Source of the DNA: Halomicronema hongdechloris C2206
GTDB lineage: Bacteria > Cyanobacteriota > Cyanobacteriia > Phormidesmidales > Phormidesmidaceae
Assembly (NCBI RefSeq): GCF_002075285.3
Contig: NZ_CP021983.2
Span: 270,001-302,000 of the forward strand
Length of the DNA: 32,000 nt
Direction of reading: 5' to 3'
Numbering within the stretch: the stretch's first letter is position 1; each line of letters starts with the position of its first letter. The translations under genes and the position numbers were made by a program. The notes under the pieces were generated by a model that was given only the letters and a program-made list of their open reading frames with translations, had not been told where the DNA came from and made no database searches. Shown piece after piece: positions 1-8,251 of this stretch.

Positions 1-1039
1 CAAATACTTGACTGAAGGCCTTTTCTACCTTGTAGCCAGAGTCCATGGCTTCTAAAGGATCCTTCCGTAGTCGGTGACGTAGGCACAGCACGATGACACG
101 ACGAATATCTTCCGCCGTCACCTCAGTGCGCCCCTCAAAAGCTGCTAATGCCTTAGCAGCTCGATTGGTAACAATGTCGCCCCGCAGACCATCGACATTG
201 AGCTCAGAGCACACTTGAGAAATCTTCACCCGCTTTTCGTGATCAATGGTTACCTGGGGTAACAGGCTCTGGGCCTCGATCAGGCGTTGCTGCAGAGTTG
301 CCTGGGCGTCCTGATAGTTATCTAGGAAGGCATTGGGATCGTGATCAAATTCGGACCGTTGTTCCACGATCTGCACCCGCAACTCTGGATCTTTGACTGT
401 GTGGATTTCGGCGTGCATGCCGAAGCGGTCCAACAATTGGGGTCGCAGTTCCCCCTCTTCTGGGTTTCCCGACCCCACCAACACGAACTGAGCCGGATGG
501 CGAATGGAAATTCCCTCCCGTTCCACTGTGTTCCAACCTGAGGCTGCCGAATCTAGCAACACATCTACCAAATGATCATCGAGCAGATTGACCTCATCAA
601 CATAGAGAATGCCTCGGTTGGCCTTGGCCAGCAGTCCTGGTTCAAAGGCCTTAATTCCTTCCGAAAGGGCCTTCTCGATATCGATAGTGCCGCAGACGCG
701 GTCTTCCGTTGCCCCCAAGGGCAGATCAACCATGGCTACCTTCTTTCGGGTCACTGGCACTTCTTGGCCAGCCCGCTCGGCCAGAACATCTACGTCCGTG
801 GGAGGCCGGTTAAAGGGATCATCCGCTACCACCTCGATCTCAGGCAGCAAATCCGCCAAGGCACGAATCGTGGTGGACTTGCCGGTCCCCCGATCGCCCA
901 TAATCATCACTCCGCCAACCTTGGGGTCAATGACATTGAGCAATAGGGCTAACTTCATGTCTTCTTGGCCAATAACGGCCGTGAACGGAAAGATAGCCCG
1001 ACGGGGAGCAAGCGGTTTGACGGCAACGGTTGAAGTCAC
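1..1039 (-). CDS. chlI: Magnesium chelatase ATPase subunit I (ChlI); C-terminal end cut by the window edge
   Basis: Absent from the ORF track because it runs off the window. Reverse-strand translation from GTG at 1039 reads [71 protein letters not shown]..., then [65 protein letters not shown] and ...[46 protein letters not shown]. It shows the Walker A, Walker B and Arg-finger layout and is near-collinear with cyanobacterial ChlI as I remember it. Confidence 0.95.
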   Translation of the reverse strand, partial: MTSTVAVKPLAPRRAIFPFTAVIGQEDMKLALLLNVIDPKVGGVMIMGDRGTGKSTTIRALADLLPEIEVVADDPFNRPPTDVDVLAERAGQEVPVTRKKVAMVDLPLGATEDRVCGTIDIEKALSEGIKAFEPGLLAKANRGILYVDEVNLLDDHLVDVLLDSAASGWNTVEREGISIRHPAQFVLVGSGNPEEGELRPQLLDRFGMHAEIHTVKDPELRVQIVEQRSEFDHDPNAFLDNYQDAQATLQQRLIEAQSLLPQVTIDHEKRVKISQVCSELNVDGLRGDIVTNRAAKALAAFEGRTEVTAEDIRRVIVLCLRHRLRKDPLEAMDSGYKVEKAFSQVF

Positions 1040-1104
1040 AGGCGTTCTCTAAGCTTGAAACTACTGTGGTTTGAGACGATCTTCATTGTGCCATACTGCC
1101 TTCC

Positions 1105-1359
1105 CTAGAGCGCCAGCAATTCATCCAGGGCATCTAGAGCCTCACAGGAAGAGCTGGCGGCCCGTGGAGGAGAGGGGGGCATACTATACTGCATTGTCCC
1201 TAAGGCTGTAGAGGGATTGCGACCATGGCGATATTCCTCGCAGTAGCGACGAAATACGGCTTCCACCGCTGCCCGAGTATTTTTCAGCCCCCACTCGGAA
1301 GCAATTTGTTCAGCTTTATCTAAGACGTCTTTGCTCAAGCGGATTTTGTTGTCATACAT
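1105..1359 (-). CDS. Small ribbon-helix-helix-like protein, ParR-like partner of the upstream actin-like ATPase
   Basis: 84-aa ORF. The N-terminus MYDNKIRLSKDVLDKAEQIASEWGLKNTRAAVEAVFRRY fits the strand-helix-helix pattern of Arc/MetJ/CopG proteins. Its ATG overlaps the end of the ParM-like gene by 25 nt, which suggests coupled translation. The tail is Pro/Ser/Ala-rich and acidic. Confidence 0.55.
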   Translation of the reverse strand: MYDNKIRLSKDVLDKAEQIASEWGLKNTRAAVEAVFRRYCEEYRHGRNPSTALGTMQYSMPPSPPRAASSSCEALDALDELLAL

Positions 1360-2369
1360 AGCTGCTGCTCACTGGAGAGTAGAAATAAACCGCGCACATT
1401 GGCGAATTGGGGGTCACCCATGACCGCGAAAAGAGAGCGTCCGGTGAGTCGATCGGCAATTAGGTGGGACCCTCCACCGGTGACGAGAAAACGAGTGACC
1501 CGGAGCATGTAGGGGGTGTATTGGGCCTTGACGGTCTGGAAGATACCTCTGAACCAAGGATCTAGGTACTCATCTAACCAACCCGCCCAGGATAGGCCGG
1601 TATCGGCATAGATATGGCCTACTCGAAACCCATCCATGACGATGCAAGGATCGGCTGTGGTGCCTAGACCATCCGTGAGACGACGATCGAAACTGATGGA
1701 GGCCGCTAGTTCGTAAGTCCCCCCTCGATCCATGATGTTCTCGTCGATGACTTCACCGTCGGCATCTACCAATCGGGTCAGCCAAGTGCCACCGCCAATA
1801 TCGATGACGATGGTGTAGCCGTTGTCAGGAATGAGTCCCTGGGTTTGGGCGTAGTAGTAGGCCCCGATGCCTTCTCGCTCCACGGTGACCGATTGCACGT
1901 CTACCTGGAAATCAATGCCGTTGCGACAAAATTCATGCAAACCAAGTAGTTCTTCCTGTAATCCTTCCTCGTAACGCCCTGGATCAGGGGTGGAGAGATA
2001 GAGATGTAAGGGAAACTCGGACACGCTACCATTAATGGGTTCTAAACAGGCATAGAGATGGAGGCGAGCCAGTTCCACTTTATTTTCAATAACCGTTTGT
2101 TGTTGTCGCCGATATTTGTAGGCTTGAGCCCCGAAGTGGTAACGACGACCATCGGCTAGTTCAATTAGAGGGGACGCGTCTGAGTAGCTAACCGCATCTC
2201 GCCCCTGGGGAAGTTGAAAGCGCACGGAGCGAATGGCCTTGGGATGGCCATGCCCATTGTAGAATTTTAGGTCATAGTTGCCAGCATCTAGGGCTAGGAC
2301 TTGCCCAGTAGTAGCCGATTTGGCGCGCTGGGCCTTATTGGTGCGCCTAGCTTGAGTTGCCGTTGCCAT
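1335..2369 (-). CDS. ParM/StbA-family actin-like ATPase
   Basis: The ORF runs 1335..2417. The likely start is ATG 2369 (MATATQARR...), preceded by GAGG. Actin-fold motifs appear in ParM order: LALDAGNYDLKF (phosphate 1), VTVEREGIGAYYYA, IVIDIGGGTWLT (phosphate 2), MDRGGTYEL, FLVTGGGSHLIA (adenosine) and DPQFANVRGLF at the C-terminus. Confidence 0.8.
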   Translation of the reverse strand: MATATQARRTNKAQRAKSATTGQVLALDAGNYDLKFYNGHGHPKAIRSVRFQLPQGRDAVSYSDASPLIELADGRRYHFGAQAYKYRRQQQTVIENKVELARLHLYACLEPINGSVSEFPLHLYLSTPDPGRYEEGLQEELLGLHEFCRNGIDFQVDVQSVTVEREGIGAYYYAQTQGLIPDNGYTIVIDIGGGTWLTRLVDADGEVIDENIMDRGGTYELAASISFDRRLTDGLGTTADPCIVMDGFRVGHIYADTGLSWAGWLDEYLDPWFRGIFQTVKAQYTPYMLRVTRFLVTGGGSHLIADRLTGRSLFAVMGDPQFANVRGLFLLSSEQQLCMTTKSA

Positions 2370-2433
2370 AGATCTACCTCTGTGTCCAACACGGGGCAAT
2401 TGTCCCCAGCAGTACAAAAGAACTATAGCCGAA

Positions 2434-2463
2434 GTTCATGTGTACTGTCTAGGTGTTCATGTG
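2434..2463. repeat. Two copies of GTTCATGTG spaced 21 bp apart, upstream of the ParM-like gene (candidate operator or parC-like site)
   Basis: GTTCATGTG occurs at 2434-2442 and 2455-2463. They lie in the 265-bp divergent intergenic region between the ParM-like gene and the hydrolase. A near-palindrome GGGGCAATTGTCCCC sits at 2393-2407. Only two copies, so support is weak. Confidence 0.25.
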
Positions 2464-2634
2464 ACTCAGTACCCATCCAATCAAGTGTTTCTTAGGCAGA
2501 GGCGTCATTATGAGAGATGCTAGTTATGTAACGACGTATTAACTCAAGCCCTAAGACTCAGAATTTACGTTGGTTCTGGTTGCTCGAGCAGCTAGCCAAT
2601 CTCGAATTGGTCTCAGTATGAGGGTAAGACCTGG

Positions 2635-3594
2635 ATGGCAGGCAATATAACGCCAACTCTGGCTAATTGGAGCACCTGGGAAACATTCAAGGCGGCGCAG
2701 CAAGAGATCGTGCTGCCCGCTGGCAGGGTGGTTCATATTGCGGTCACTATCCGCTATGTCGACATTGGAGAGCCTAGGTGGGGCACTATTTTACTGATGC
2801 ATGGCATTCCTACCTGGGGATGCCTCTACCATGCAATTATTCCGCCGCTGGCTCAGGCAGGCTATCGGGTGATTGCCCCAGACTTCTTAGGCCATGGCTG
2901 GTCAGATCGCCGCGATCGCTTTGACCGCTCTTTTCAAGACCAGGCCCGCATGGTGACTGCTCTGCTGGATACTTTGCAACTGGGATCGGTAGATGTGGTC
3001 GGCCATGACACCGGAGGAGCAGTCGCTCTGATTCTGGCGATTGAGCATAAAGTGCGGGTCAATCGTCTGGTGATCTGCAACTCGGTTTGCTCCGACCGCT
3101 TTGACGATGACATGCTCGACTTTGGCCATCCGCTGCGGTGGAAGCCTCGGCCGGTTGCAGACCTAGTGGCAGTTCTGGAGGAAAGTTTAGCGGCAGGGTT
3201 ATCGAATCAGAACCGCCTTACCCTAGAGTTTCGGGCTGGCATCATTGCTCCATGGGCCAGTGAGGAAGGGAAATTGAGCCTACTGCGCAATGCCTCGGCT
3301 CTCAATGCCAACCAAACCGTGGCACTGGTAGATCGCCACGGTGAGATCACGGCTCCGACCCTGGTCTTGTGGGGCATGGATGATCCCTGGCAACGGGCAG
3401 ATGACGGCAAGCGATTGGCCAGAGAGATCCCCAGAGCTGTCTTCCAGGCCATTGAGGGAGCCTCTCACTGGGTGCAGCAGGGCGCCAGAGCGATTCACCG
3501 CTGCCCTGCTGGATTTTTGCGCCAATGTGCCGGATTCTGTAGGGTAGCCGAATGGGAGAGGATATGGTCGACGGTGTTGTGGCCATGCCGTTAG
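2635..3594 (+). CDS. Alpha/beta-fold hydrolase (haloalkane dehalogenase / epoxide hydrolase-like, Asp nucleophile); probable +1 frameshift near the 3' end
   Basis: Motifs LLMHGIPTWGCLYH, VIAPDFLGHGWSD, nucleophile elbow VVGHDTGGAVAL, LVLWGMDDPW and catalytic His in EGASHWVQQ. After 3480-3482 (GGG) the family-typical C-terminal helix APERFTAALLDF is encoded in the next frame and ends at 3547. The frame as sequenced gives an atypical Cys/Arg/Trp-rich tail ending at 3594. Confidence 0.85.
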   Translation: MAGNITPTLANWSTWETFKAAQQEIVLPAGRVVHIAVTIRYVDIGEPRWGTILLMHGIPTWGCLYHAIIPPLAQAGYRVIAPDFLGHGWSDRRDRFDRSFQDQARMVTALLDTLQLGSVDVVGHDTGGAVALILAIEHKVRVNRLVICNSVCSDRFDDDMLDFGHPLRWKPRPVADLVAVLEESLAAGLSNQNRLTLEFRAGIIAPWASEEGKLSLLRNASALNANQTVALVDRHGEITAPTLVLWGMDDPWQRADDGKRLAREIPRAVFQAIEGASHWVQQGARAIHRCPAGFLRQCAGFCRVAEWERIWSTVLWPCR

Positions 3595-4352
3595 TCAATC
3601 TGAATCACATCCCGCAGGCCTAGCCAGTTGTAGCGGTGAATGCCCCAGGGGAGTCCTATCAACACTAGTAAGAACACGGTCCAAAAAGCAGCTGTGACTG
3701 GCATGGAAGGGGTCAAGGATTCTCCTAAATGGGTGATCAGTAGCGTGGAGGGGGTCATCCCCAGGATGGTTGCAGTAGCGTAGATCGGCAGAGACAACCG
3801 GGCCATGCCAGCTCCGTAACTGACTAGATCAAAGGAGATTAACGGCAGTAGGCGGGTAATAAACACCATCCATCCCAAGAACAGATGGCCCCGATGAGTC
3901 GTGAAATATAGGGTTTTACCACTGAGTGCTTGCAGCGAAGAACGACCCAGGGTGCGGCCCAGGTAATAGGCCACCAGGGCACCCAGGAAGCCGCCAACAA
4001 TGCTATAAAGTCCGCCCAGCCAAGTACCCCAGATGGTCCCAGCGGCACAGGCCATAGGCAATCCTGGAATTTGGCTCACGACTACCGACAGGGCTAGCAC
4101 TGTGATGTAGAACAGCGGTCCCCACATCCCCAGCTGGAAAATAACCTGCTGCAGTCCTGCTTTGGTGAGCAGGTTCATGTCATAGCGATGGAGCCCAGTC
4201 AGGACAATCAGACAGAGGCTGATCAGACCAAGTGCGATCGCACGTGAACGGTCAATCCGATCCCGTCGCCACTGCAACCGTGGCCTTAGTCTCCGCATCA
4301 AAGCGACTATTCGTTGGGGACACCTGGGCAGACTGGAGGCAGAGGGGGACAT
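3591..4352 (-). CDS. TVP38/TMEM64-family (DedA superfamily) membrane protein
   Basis: Multi-TM protein with the family core WGPLFYITVLALSVVVSQIPGLPMACAAGTIWG...GGFLGALVAYYLGRTLGR...RLLPLISFDLVSYGAGMARLSL. The start could instead be the internal Met at 4298. It overlaps the hydrolase ORF tail-to-tail by 4 nt as sequenced. Confidence 0.8.
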   Translation of the reverse strand: MSPSASSLPRCPQRIVALMRRLRPRLQWRRDRIDRSRAIALGLISLCLIVLTGLHRYDMNLLTKAGLQQVIFQLGMWGPLFYITVLALSVVVSQIPGLPMACAAGTIWGTWLGGLYSIVGGFLGALVAYYLGRTLGRSSLQALSGKTLYFTTHRGHLFLGWMVFITRLLPLISFDLVSYGAGMARLSLPIYATATILGMTPSTLLITHLGESLTPSMPVTAAFWTVFLLVLIGLPWGIHRYNWLGLRDVIQID

Positions 4353-4392
4353 CTGGGCATCTCAATGTGGGGGTAGCCTGATCGTGCCCTCA

Positions 4393-4408
4393 GTCAGAAC
4401 TTTCTGAC
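4393..4408. promoter_or_regulatory. Perfect palindrome GTCAGAA-CT-TTCTGAC in a divergent promoter region (candidate operator)
   Basis: Seven-bp arms with a 2-nt spacer. It lies between the divergent genes 3591..4352(-) and 4476..5366(+). A second small inverted repeat ATTCC-TGA-GGAAT follows. Confidence 0.25.
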
Positions 4409-4475
4409 GTGATTCCTGAGGAATAGAGCAGTGATTCTATCTTGGGTTGGCATTGATTGATATCATCCCATTGCG

Positions 4476-5366
4476 GTGATGTCATCCCCAGAAACCATAT
4501 CCTTCGCGATCATGCTGACGCTGATAGTCATTCTGGTTATTATCCTGGCGTTGGCCCTAGGGATAGTTCGGATCTATGGGGCCTATCGCTGGCAGCAAGG
4601 GACACAAACCCTGCGGACTCAGCTAGAACAGACTCGTGTTCCCAGAGCACCGCAGCCTGTCGACCTTGAGGCTCTTGGATCTCTGCCAGCCCCTGTGGAG
4701 CAGTATTTGCACACTGTATTGCAACCGGGGCAACCCCTGGTAACGGCGGTGCGGGTGCAGCATCAGGGGCATTTCAACCTAGGGACCACTGCCGATCGGT
4801 GGCAGCCATTCACCTCGGAACAGCGAGTGGTCATCCAGCGCCCCGGATTTGACTGGGATGCCTGCATTTCCCTACTGCCGGGAGTGCCCATCTATGTCCA
4901 TGATGCCTATGTGGTCGGTGAGGGGCTGCTACAGGTGGCTCTGTTAGGGTGTTTCCCCCTACTGACGCTACGGGGGCCTGGAGATCTAGCCCAAGGAGAA
5001 CTGATGCGGTTCTTGGCTGAGGCTGCCTGGTATCCGACGGCGCTGCTGCCTGGTCAGGGGGTGCAGTGGAAGACCGTGGATCAACGCTGCGCCGATGCTA
5101 CTCTCACTGATGGCGCAGTCACTGTGATCCTGCGCTTTCGCTTTACCGACCAGGGATTAATTGACACGGTACAGGCAGAGGCTCGTGGTCGCCTGGTGGA
5201 TGGCGAGACTATCCCAACCCCCTGGCAGGGGCGCTTCTGGCATTATGAGCAACGGGGACCGATGCGGGTGCCCCTGGCAGGAGAGGTGGCCTGGTTATTA
5301 CCTGAGGGACCGAAGCCCTACTGGCGCGGTTGCATCACGCGACTGACCTATGAGCTAGCGGATTAA
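4476..5366 (+). CDS. Membrane-anchored hypothetical protein (single N-terminal TM helix; possibly a DUF6544-type family, unverified)
   Basis: 296-aa ORF. It has an N-terminal hydrophobic helix FAIMLTLIVILVIILALALGIV followed by a soluble domain (LPAPVEQYLHTVL..., AEAAWYPTALLP...). Composition is coding-like and no competing ORF exists. Confidence 0.7.
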   Translation: MMSSPETISFAIMLTLIVILVIILALALGIVRIYGAYRWQQGTQTLRTQLEQTRVPRAPQPVDLEALGSLPAPVEQYLHTVLQPGQPLVTAVRVQHQGHFNLGTTADRWQPFTSEQRVVIQRPGFDWDACISLLPGVPIYVHDAYVVGEGLLQVALLGCFPLLTLRGPGDLAQGELMRFLAEAAWYPTALLPGQGVQWKTVDQRCADATLTDGAVTVILRFRFTDQGLIDTVQAEARGRLVDGETIPTPWQGRFWHYEQRGPMRVPLAGEVAWLLPEGPKPYWRGCITRLTYELAD

Positions 5367-5378
5367 CGGGGCTTAGTG

Positions 5379-6395
5379 TTACAGAAACAACACTAACAGG
5401 CCACCCAAATAGAGGATGAGAATGAGCACGCTTTCGAAGCCGATGTTGCCGATGCCGTATTTTTCTCGGCGCAGTAATCCCAACAGCAGAACACCTGTCA
5501 TTAGGATTGTTAGGGCAATGACGAAGGTCTGCGAGGGGGTCAGGGCATGGTAAATGGAGCCGGACCGATAGGCGATGTCGGCGAAGGCTATGAAGAGGAC
5601 GTCAAAACTATTACCACCGACGATGTCGCCCACCGCTAAGGTGAGAGCGCCCTGGCGAACGGCGGCAACGGACGTCACGAGTTCTGGCAGCGAGGTGGAA
5701 ATGGCGGTGAAGAGGCCACCAACAGCTGTTTCTGAGAGCCCGGTCTGTTGTGCGATCGCAACACCAGCCTGGGCCACAACATAGCCAGCAGTGCCAATCA
5801 TCAAGGCAAAAATAGCTAAGCGCAGCCATAACTCCCTGAAACTGACCCTCATTTCTGGCAAGGGTACCGGTTCATCCATGCGAGTTTCAGGAGTGCGTGT
5901 GGGAGCCCACATGGGGGCTGCTCGGGCCTGAGAGATCAGCCGCAACCCCAACAGATAGGCTATGGGGAGCACCACTGATACCGGATGAACGCCGCCAATG
6001 CTCACCGGCGGCGACGAGGCTGCCAATAGGGGAAGTGCCAGCAAGCTGACGAGAAGAGTACCCTGAGACAGATTAGCCACCGAGGCTGCGGCGTGCTCCA
6101 GATTAGCCTTGGTGTAGACAATATCAGCCAGGGCCAGGAACGCTGTTTGGGCAGTAATCCCTCCCAAAGCGTTACTAATGGAAAGTTCTGGATGGCCCGT
6201 AGCCGCAGCTGTAACCGAGGTGACAATGCCCGGCAACGAGGTAATGCCCCCGAGAAAGAGGGCTCCTGTCACCGCCTCCCCCAGGCCAGTTTTATCCGCC
6301 AGCTGATCAGCCACCCGGGTCAGGCGAACGCCAACGACACCAATGACCATCGCCGCCACGATGAACAAACCAATAGGGATGATGAGGGAGTTCAA
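5379..6395 (-). CDS. CaCA-family cation/Ca2+ exchanger (YrbG-like sodium/calcium exchanger membrane protein)
   Basis: Two alpha-repeat signatures: GLGEAVTGALFLGGITSLPGIVTSVTAA and GLSETAVGGLFTAISTSLPELVTSVAAV, each followed by GD/N..GG..F. About 10 TM segments. Confidence 0.85.
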   Translation of the reverse strand: MNSLIIPIGLFIVAAMVIGVVGVRLTRVADQLADKTGLGEAVTGALFLGGITSLPGIVTSVTAAATGHPELSISNALGGITAQTAFLALADIVYTKANLEHAAASVANLSQGTLLVSLLALPLLAASSPPVSIGGVHPVSVVLPIAYLLGLRLISQARAAPMWAPTRTPETRMDEPVPLPEMRVSFRELWLRLAIFALMIGTAGYVVAQAGVAIAQQTGLSETAVGGLFTAISTSLPELVTSVAAVRQGALTLAVGDIVGGNSFDVLFIAFADIAYRSGSIYHALTPSQTFVIALTILMTGVLLLGLLRREKYGIGNIGFESVLILILYLGGLLVLFL

Positions 6396-6529
6396 GCTGC
6401 CGTGGGCCCATCGACAGTTATTACTGTATCAATGCCTGTCACTCTATCCAGTCAGCTGACACAAGCCAGAGCCATTCGGACAACGGGATCATTGACCATG
6501 GCTGAAACATTAGGGACGATTAGGCCCAG

Positions 6530-7465
6530 TCAGGTCATAGCCGGACGGCGTTTCAGGGCAATGAGAGCGCCAGCCACAATGGCAATGCCGAAGATGGCCG
6601 ATGGTTCGGGAACTTCCGTGGCGCCGTCGTCGTTGTTATCGCCTTCTGCATCACCAGGGTCAAACTCACCCAGAAGCTTGTCGCTCCCTTCCCCGGCATT
6701 GACATCCTTAAAGCGGGCAGCTGCCAAGATATCACCGTTCTTAAAAGCATTGGTCAGCACGTCTTCTAACTCGCTAGCTGTGACCCGTTCGTTTTGCTGG
6801 TTCAGGACAGCATTCAGGGTAAATGCCACGGTTGAGGATTGCCCTGCAGCCAAAGCAGATTGAGGAGAGCCTGATCCCTTAAAGTCGTCCTTGTTGGAGA
6901 TGACCAGATCAAAATTATCTAAACTGATCCCGTCAATATTGCCCCCTAGGGACAGGGCTTGGGAACCACCGCCACCTTTGCCTTTGCCTTTACCTTTGCC
7001 CCCGCCTGCAGAGGTGCCTACCACTGAGATATCGGAGTTGCTGCCGACGGCTGTGATGTCATCGGCAAGGGTCAAGGCGTCTTTGAGTAGCAGATTTGAA
7101 AAGTACTCGCTGCCCGTAAAAGTAGCAGAGTCAGTATTTAAACCCAGATCCGTAAGGCTGGTGTCCTGAAACTTAAATCCAAAGCCCATGAACTTGGACT
7201 CTGTGGCGCCGGCTCCCCCTGTGATGGCATCAGTGGTATTAAAGATATCTAGCTGAATGCCGATGGTATCGGCATCTAGGTCTGTAAAGGTAAAGTCTAC
7301 CCGGCCTGATGCTCCGGTTGGCGTGTTGTTAGTGCTGCCAGTGGTTGCATCAAAAAATAGGGAAAACGCCTGGGCTGGCTGAGCCATCAGGGTCAGGCCG
7401 ACAGACAACCCCCCAGCCATTAAGGCAGCGGGAAGGAAAGAAGCCCATTTCATCAGACACCTCAT
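6530..7465 (-). CDS. PEP-CTERM-anchored secreted protein
   Basis: Signal peptide MKWASFLPAALMAGGLSVGLTLMAQPAQA. The C-terminal sorting signal is TEVPEPSAIFGIAIVAGALIALKRRP (PEP motif, TM helix, basic tail). A GGGKGKGKGKGGGGS linker lies mid-protein. The likely true start is ATG 7453, with GAGG 7 nt upstream. Confidence 0.85.
   Translation of the reverse strand: MRCLMKWASFLPAALMAGGLSVGLTLMAQPAQAFSLFFDATTGSTNNTPTGASGRVDFTFTDLDADTIGIQLDIFNTTDAITGGAGATESKFMGFGFKFQDTSLTDLGLNTDSATFTGSEYFSNLLLKDALTLADDITAVGSNSDISVVGTSAGGGKGKGKGKGGGGSQALSLGGNIDGISLDNFDLVISNKDDFKGSGSPQSALAAGQSSTVAFTLNAVLNQQNERVTASELEDVLTNAFKNGDILAAARFKDVNAGEGSDKLLGEFDPGDAEGDNNDDGATEVPEPSAIFGIAIVAGALIALKRRPAMT
6975..6998 (-). repeat. 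Hexanucleotide tandem repeat (CCTTTG/CCTTTA x4 on the + strand) encoding (Gly-Lys)4
   Basis: cctttg cctttg ccttta cctttg at 6975-6998, flanked by G/C runs, inside the PEP-CTERM gene. Confidence 0.85.
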
Positions 7466-7755
7466 CTGTTAGTAATCTCTGAGCGATGTACTTAGCTGAG
7501 AGGCAGTCTGGGGGCAAAAGACTACACGTCACAAGCAATCGGTAAGGGGCATATATTTAGGGTAGTCAGCTTATCAGGGCGTTGTAGGTCGCTGCAGGCA
7601 GTCTTTTCACAGGCTTCATGCAGACACAAAGAATCTCATAAGCCAAATCCAGGACGTATCTCGTAGCACATAAACTTGCGGCAATTACGGGGAAGATGCC
7701 TGCTACAAGTGGGCACTGGTAATGCCTGCCAGGGGGAGTAGCCTCCTGCTGCCGC

Positions 7756-7956
7756 TCATGCATCCTCTAAAAGCTGGACTATCTGGTGATGCATCTGGGC
7801 AATGTCGGGATCTTGTTGGATGGCGTGGTGATACCGTTGCTGGGGAGTGGATCCCGTGGCTGTCGGGGTGAGTAAGAGCCGGGCTTGTTGCAGCAACTGA
7901 GTCCCTCGTTCTGGCGGCATAGCCTCTTTGGCATTGAGCGCCTCATCGATCTGCAC
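7756..7956 (-). CDS. Possible small helical protein (66 aa), function unknown
   Basis: ORF only (MQIDEALNAKEAMPPERGTQLLQQARLL...DIAQMHHQIVQLLEDA). No motif recognised. It lies in a 535-bp gap divergent from feoA. Confidence 0.2.
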   Translation of the reverse strand: MQIDEALNAKEAMPPERGTQLLQQARLLLTPTATGSTPQQRYHHAIQQDPDIAQMHHQIVQLLEDA

Positions 7957-7965
7957 ATCGATACA

Positions 7966-7983
7966 CGATACGCTAAGGTATCG
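7966..7983. promoter_or_regulatory. Inverted repeat CGATAC-N6-GTATCG, 19 nt upstream of the feoA start (candidate operator)
   Basis: Arms at 7966-7971 and 7978-7983. It is preceded by the direct repeat CATCGAT at 7944-7950 and 7956-7962. Confidence 0.2.
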
Positions 7984-8001
7984 GACCGATGTGTCATTCG
8001 C

Positions 8002-8247
8002 ATGCCCCAGATGCCATTATCTGACCTTCCCCTAGATAGGCCTGCCACGGTGGTTGCCATTGAGGAAGCGCCTCATGGGTCTGGATTAGAGCAGCGGTTA
8101 GCCGCTATGGGCGTTGCGGTGAATAGATCCGTGAAAGTATTGAGAAAGGCAGGTTGGGGCGGTCCCTTACATGTTCGGGTTGGGGCTACTACGGAGATCG
8201 CCATTCGCCGTCAAGAAGCGGCTCGGGTTTGGGTGCGCTGGCCTTGA
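8002..8247 (+). CDS. feoA: FeoA-domain protein (standalone, no feoB nearby)
   Basis: MPQMPLSDLPLDRPATVVAIEE...LEQRLAAMGVAVNRSVKVLRKAGWGGPLHVRVGATTEIAIRRQEAARVWV follows the FeoA SH3-like pattern (L..L..G....V..I; RL...G...G..V.V; GP....V......A.RR.EA..I.V). The listed ORF starts at 7885, but the Met at 8002 or 8011 fits the domain boundary. Confidence 0.7.
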   Translation: MPQMPLSDLPLDRPATVVAIEEAPHGSGLEQRLAAMGVAVNRSVKVLRKAGWGGPLHVRVGATTEIAIRRQEAARVWVRWP

Positions 8248-8251
8248 CGCT

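Noticed and set aside
572-1052. ORFs 572..946(+) and 609..1052(+), 124 and 147 aa
   Set aside because: They lie antisense within chlI, whose translation is unambiguous. Their Arg/Ser/Gly-rich composition is typical of out-of-frame reading in GC-rich DNA.
6093-6863. 256-aa + strand ORF
   Set aside because: It spans the antisense of both the CaCA exchanger and the PEP-CTERM gene as well as the gap between them. The sequence is low-complexity and Arg/Ser-rich, so it looks like an artefact.
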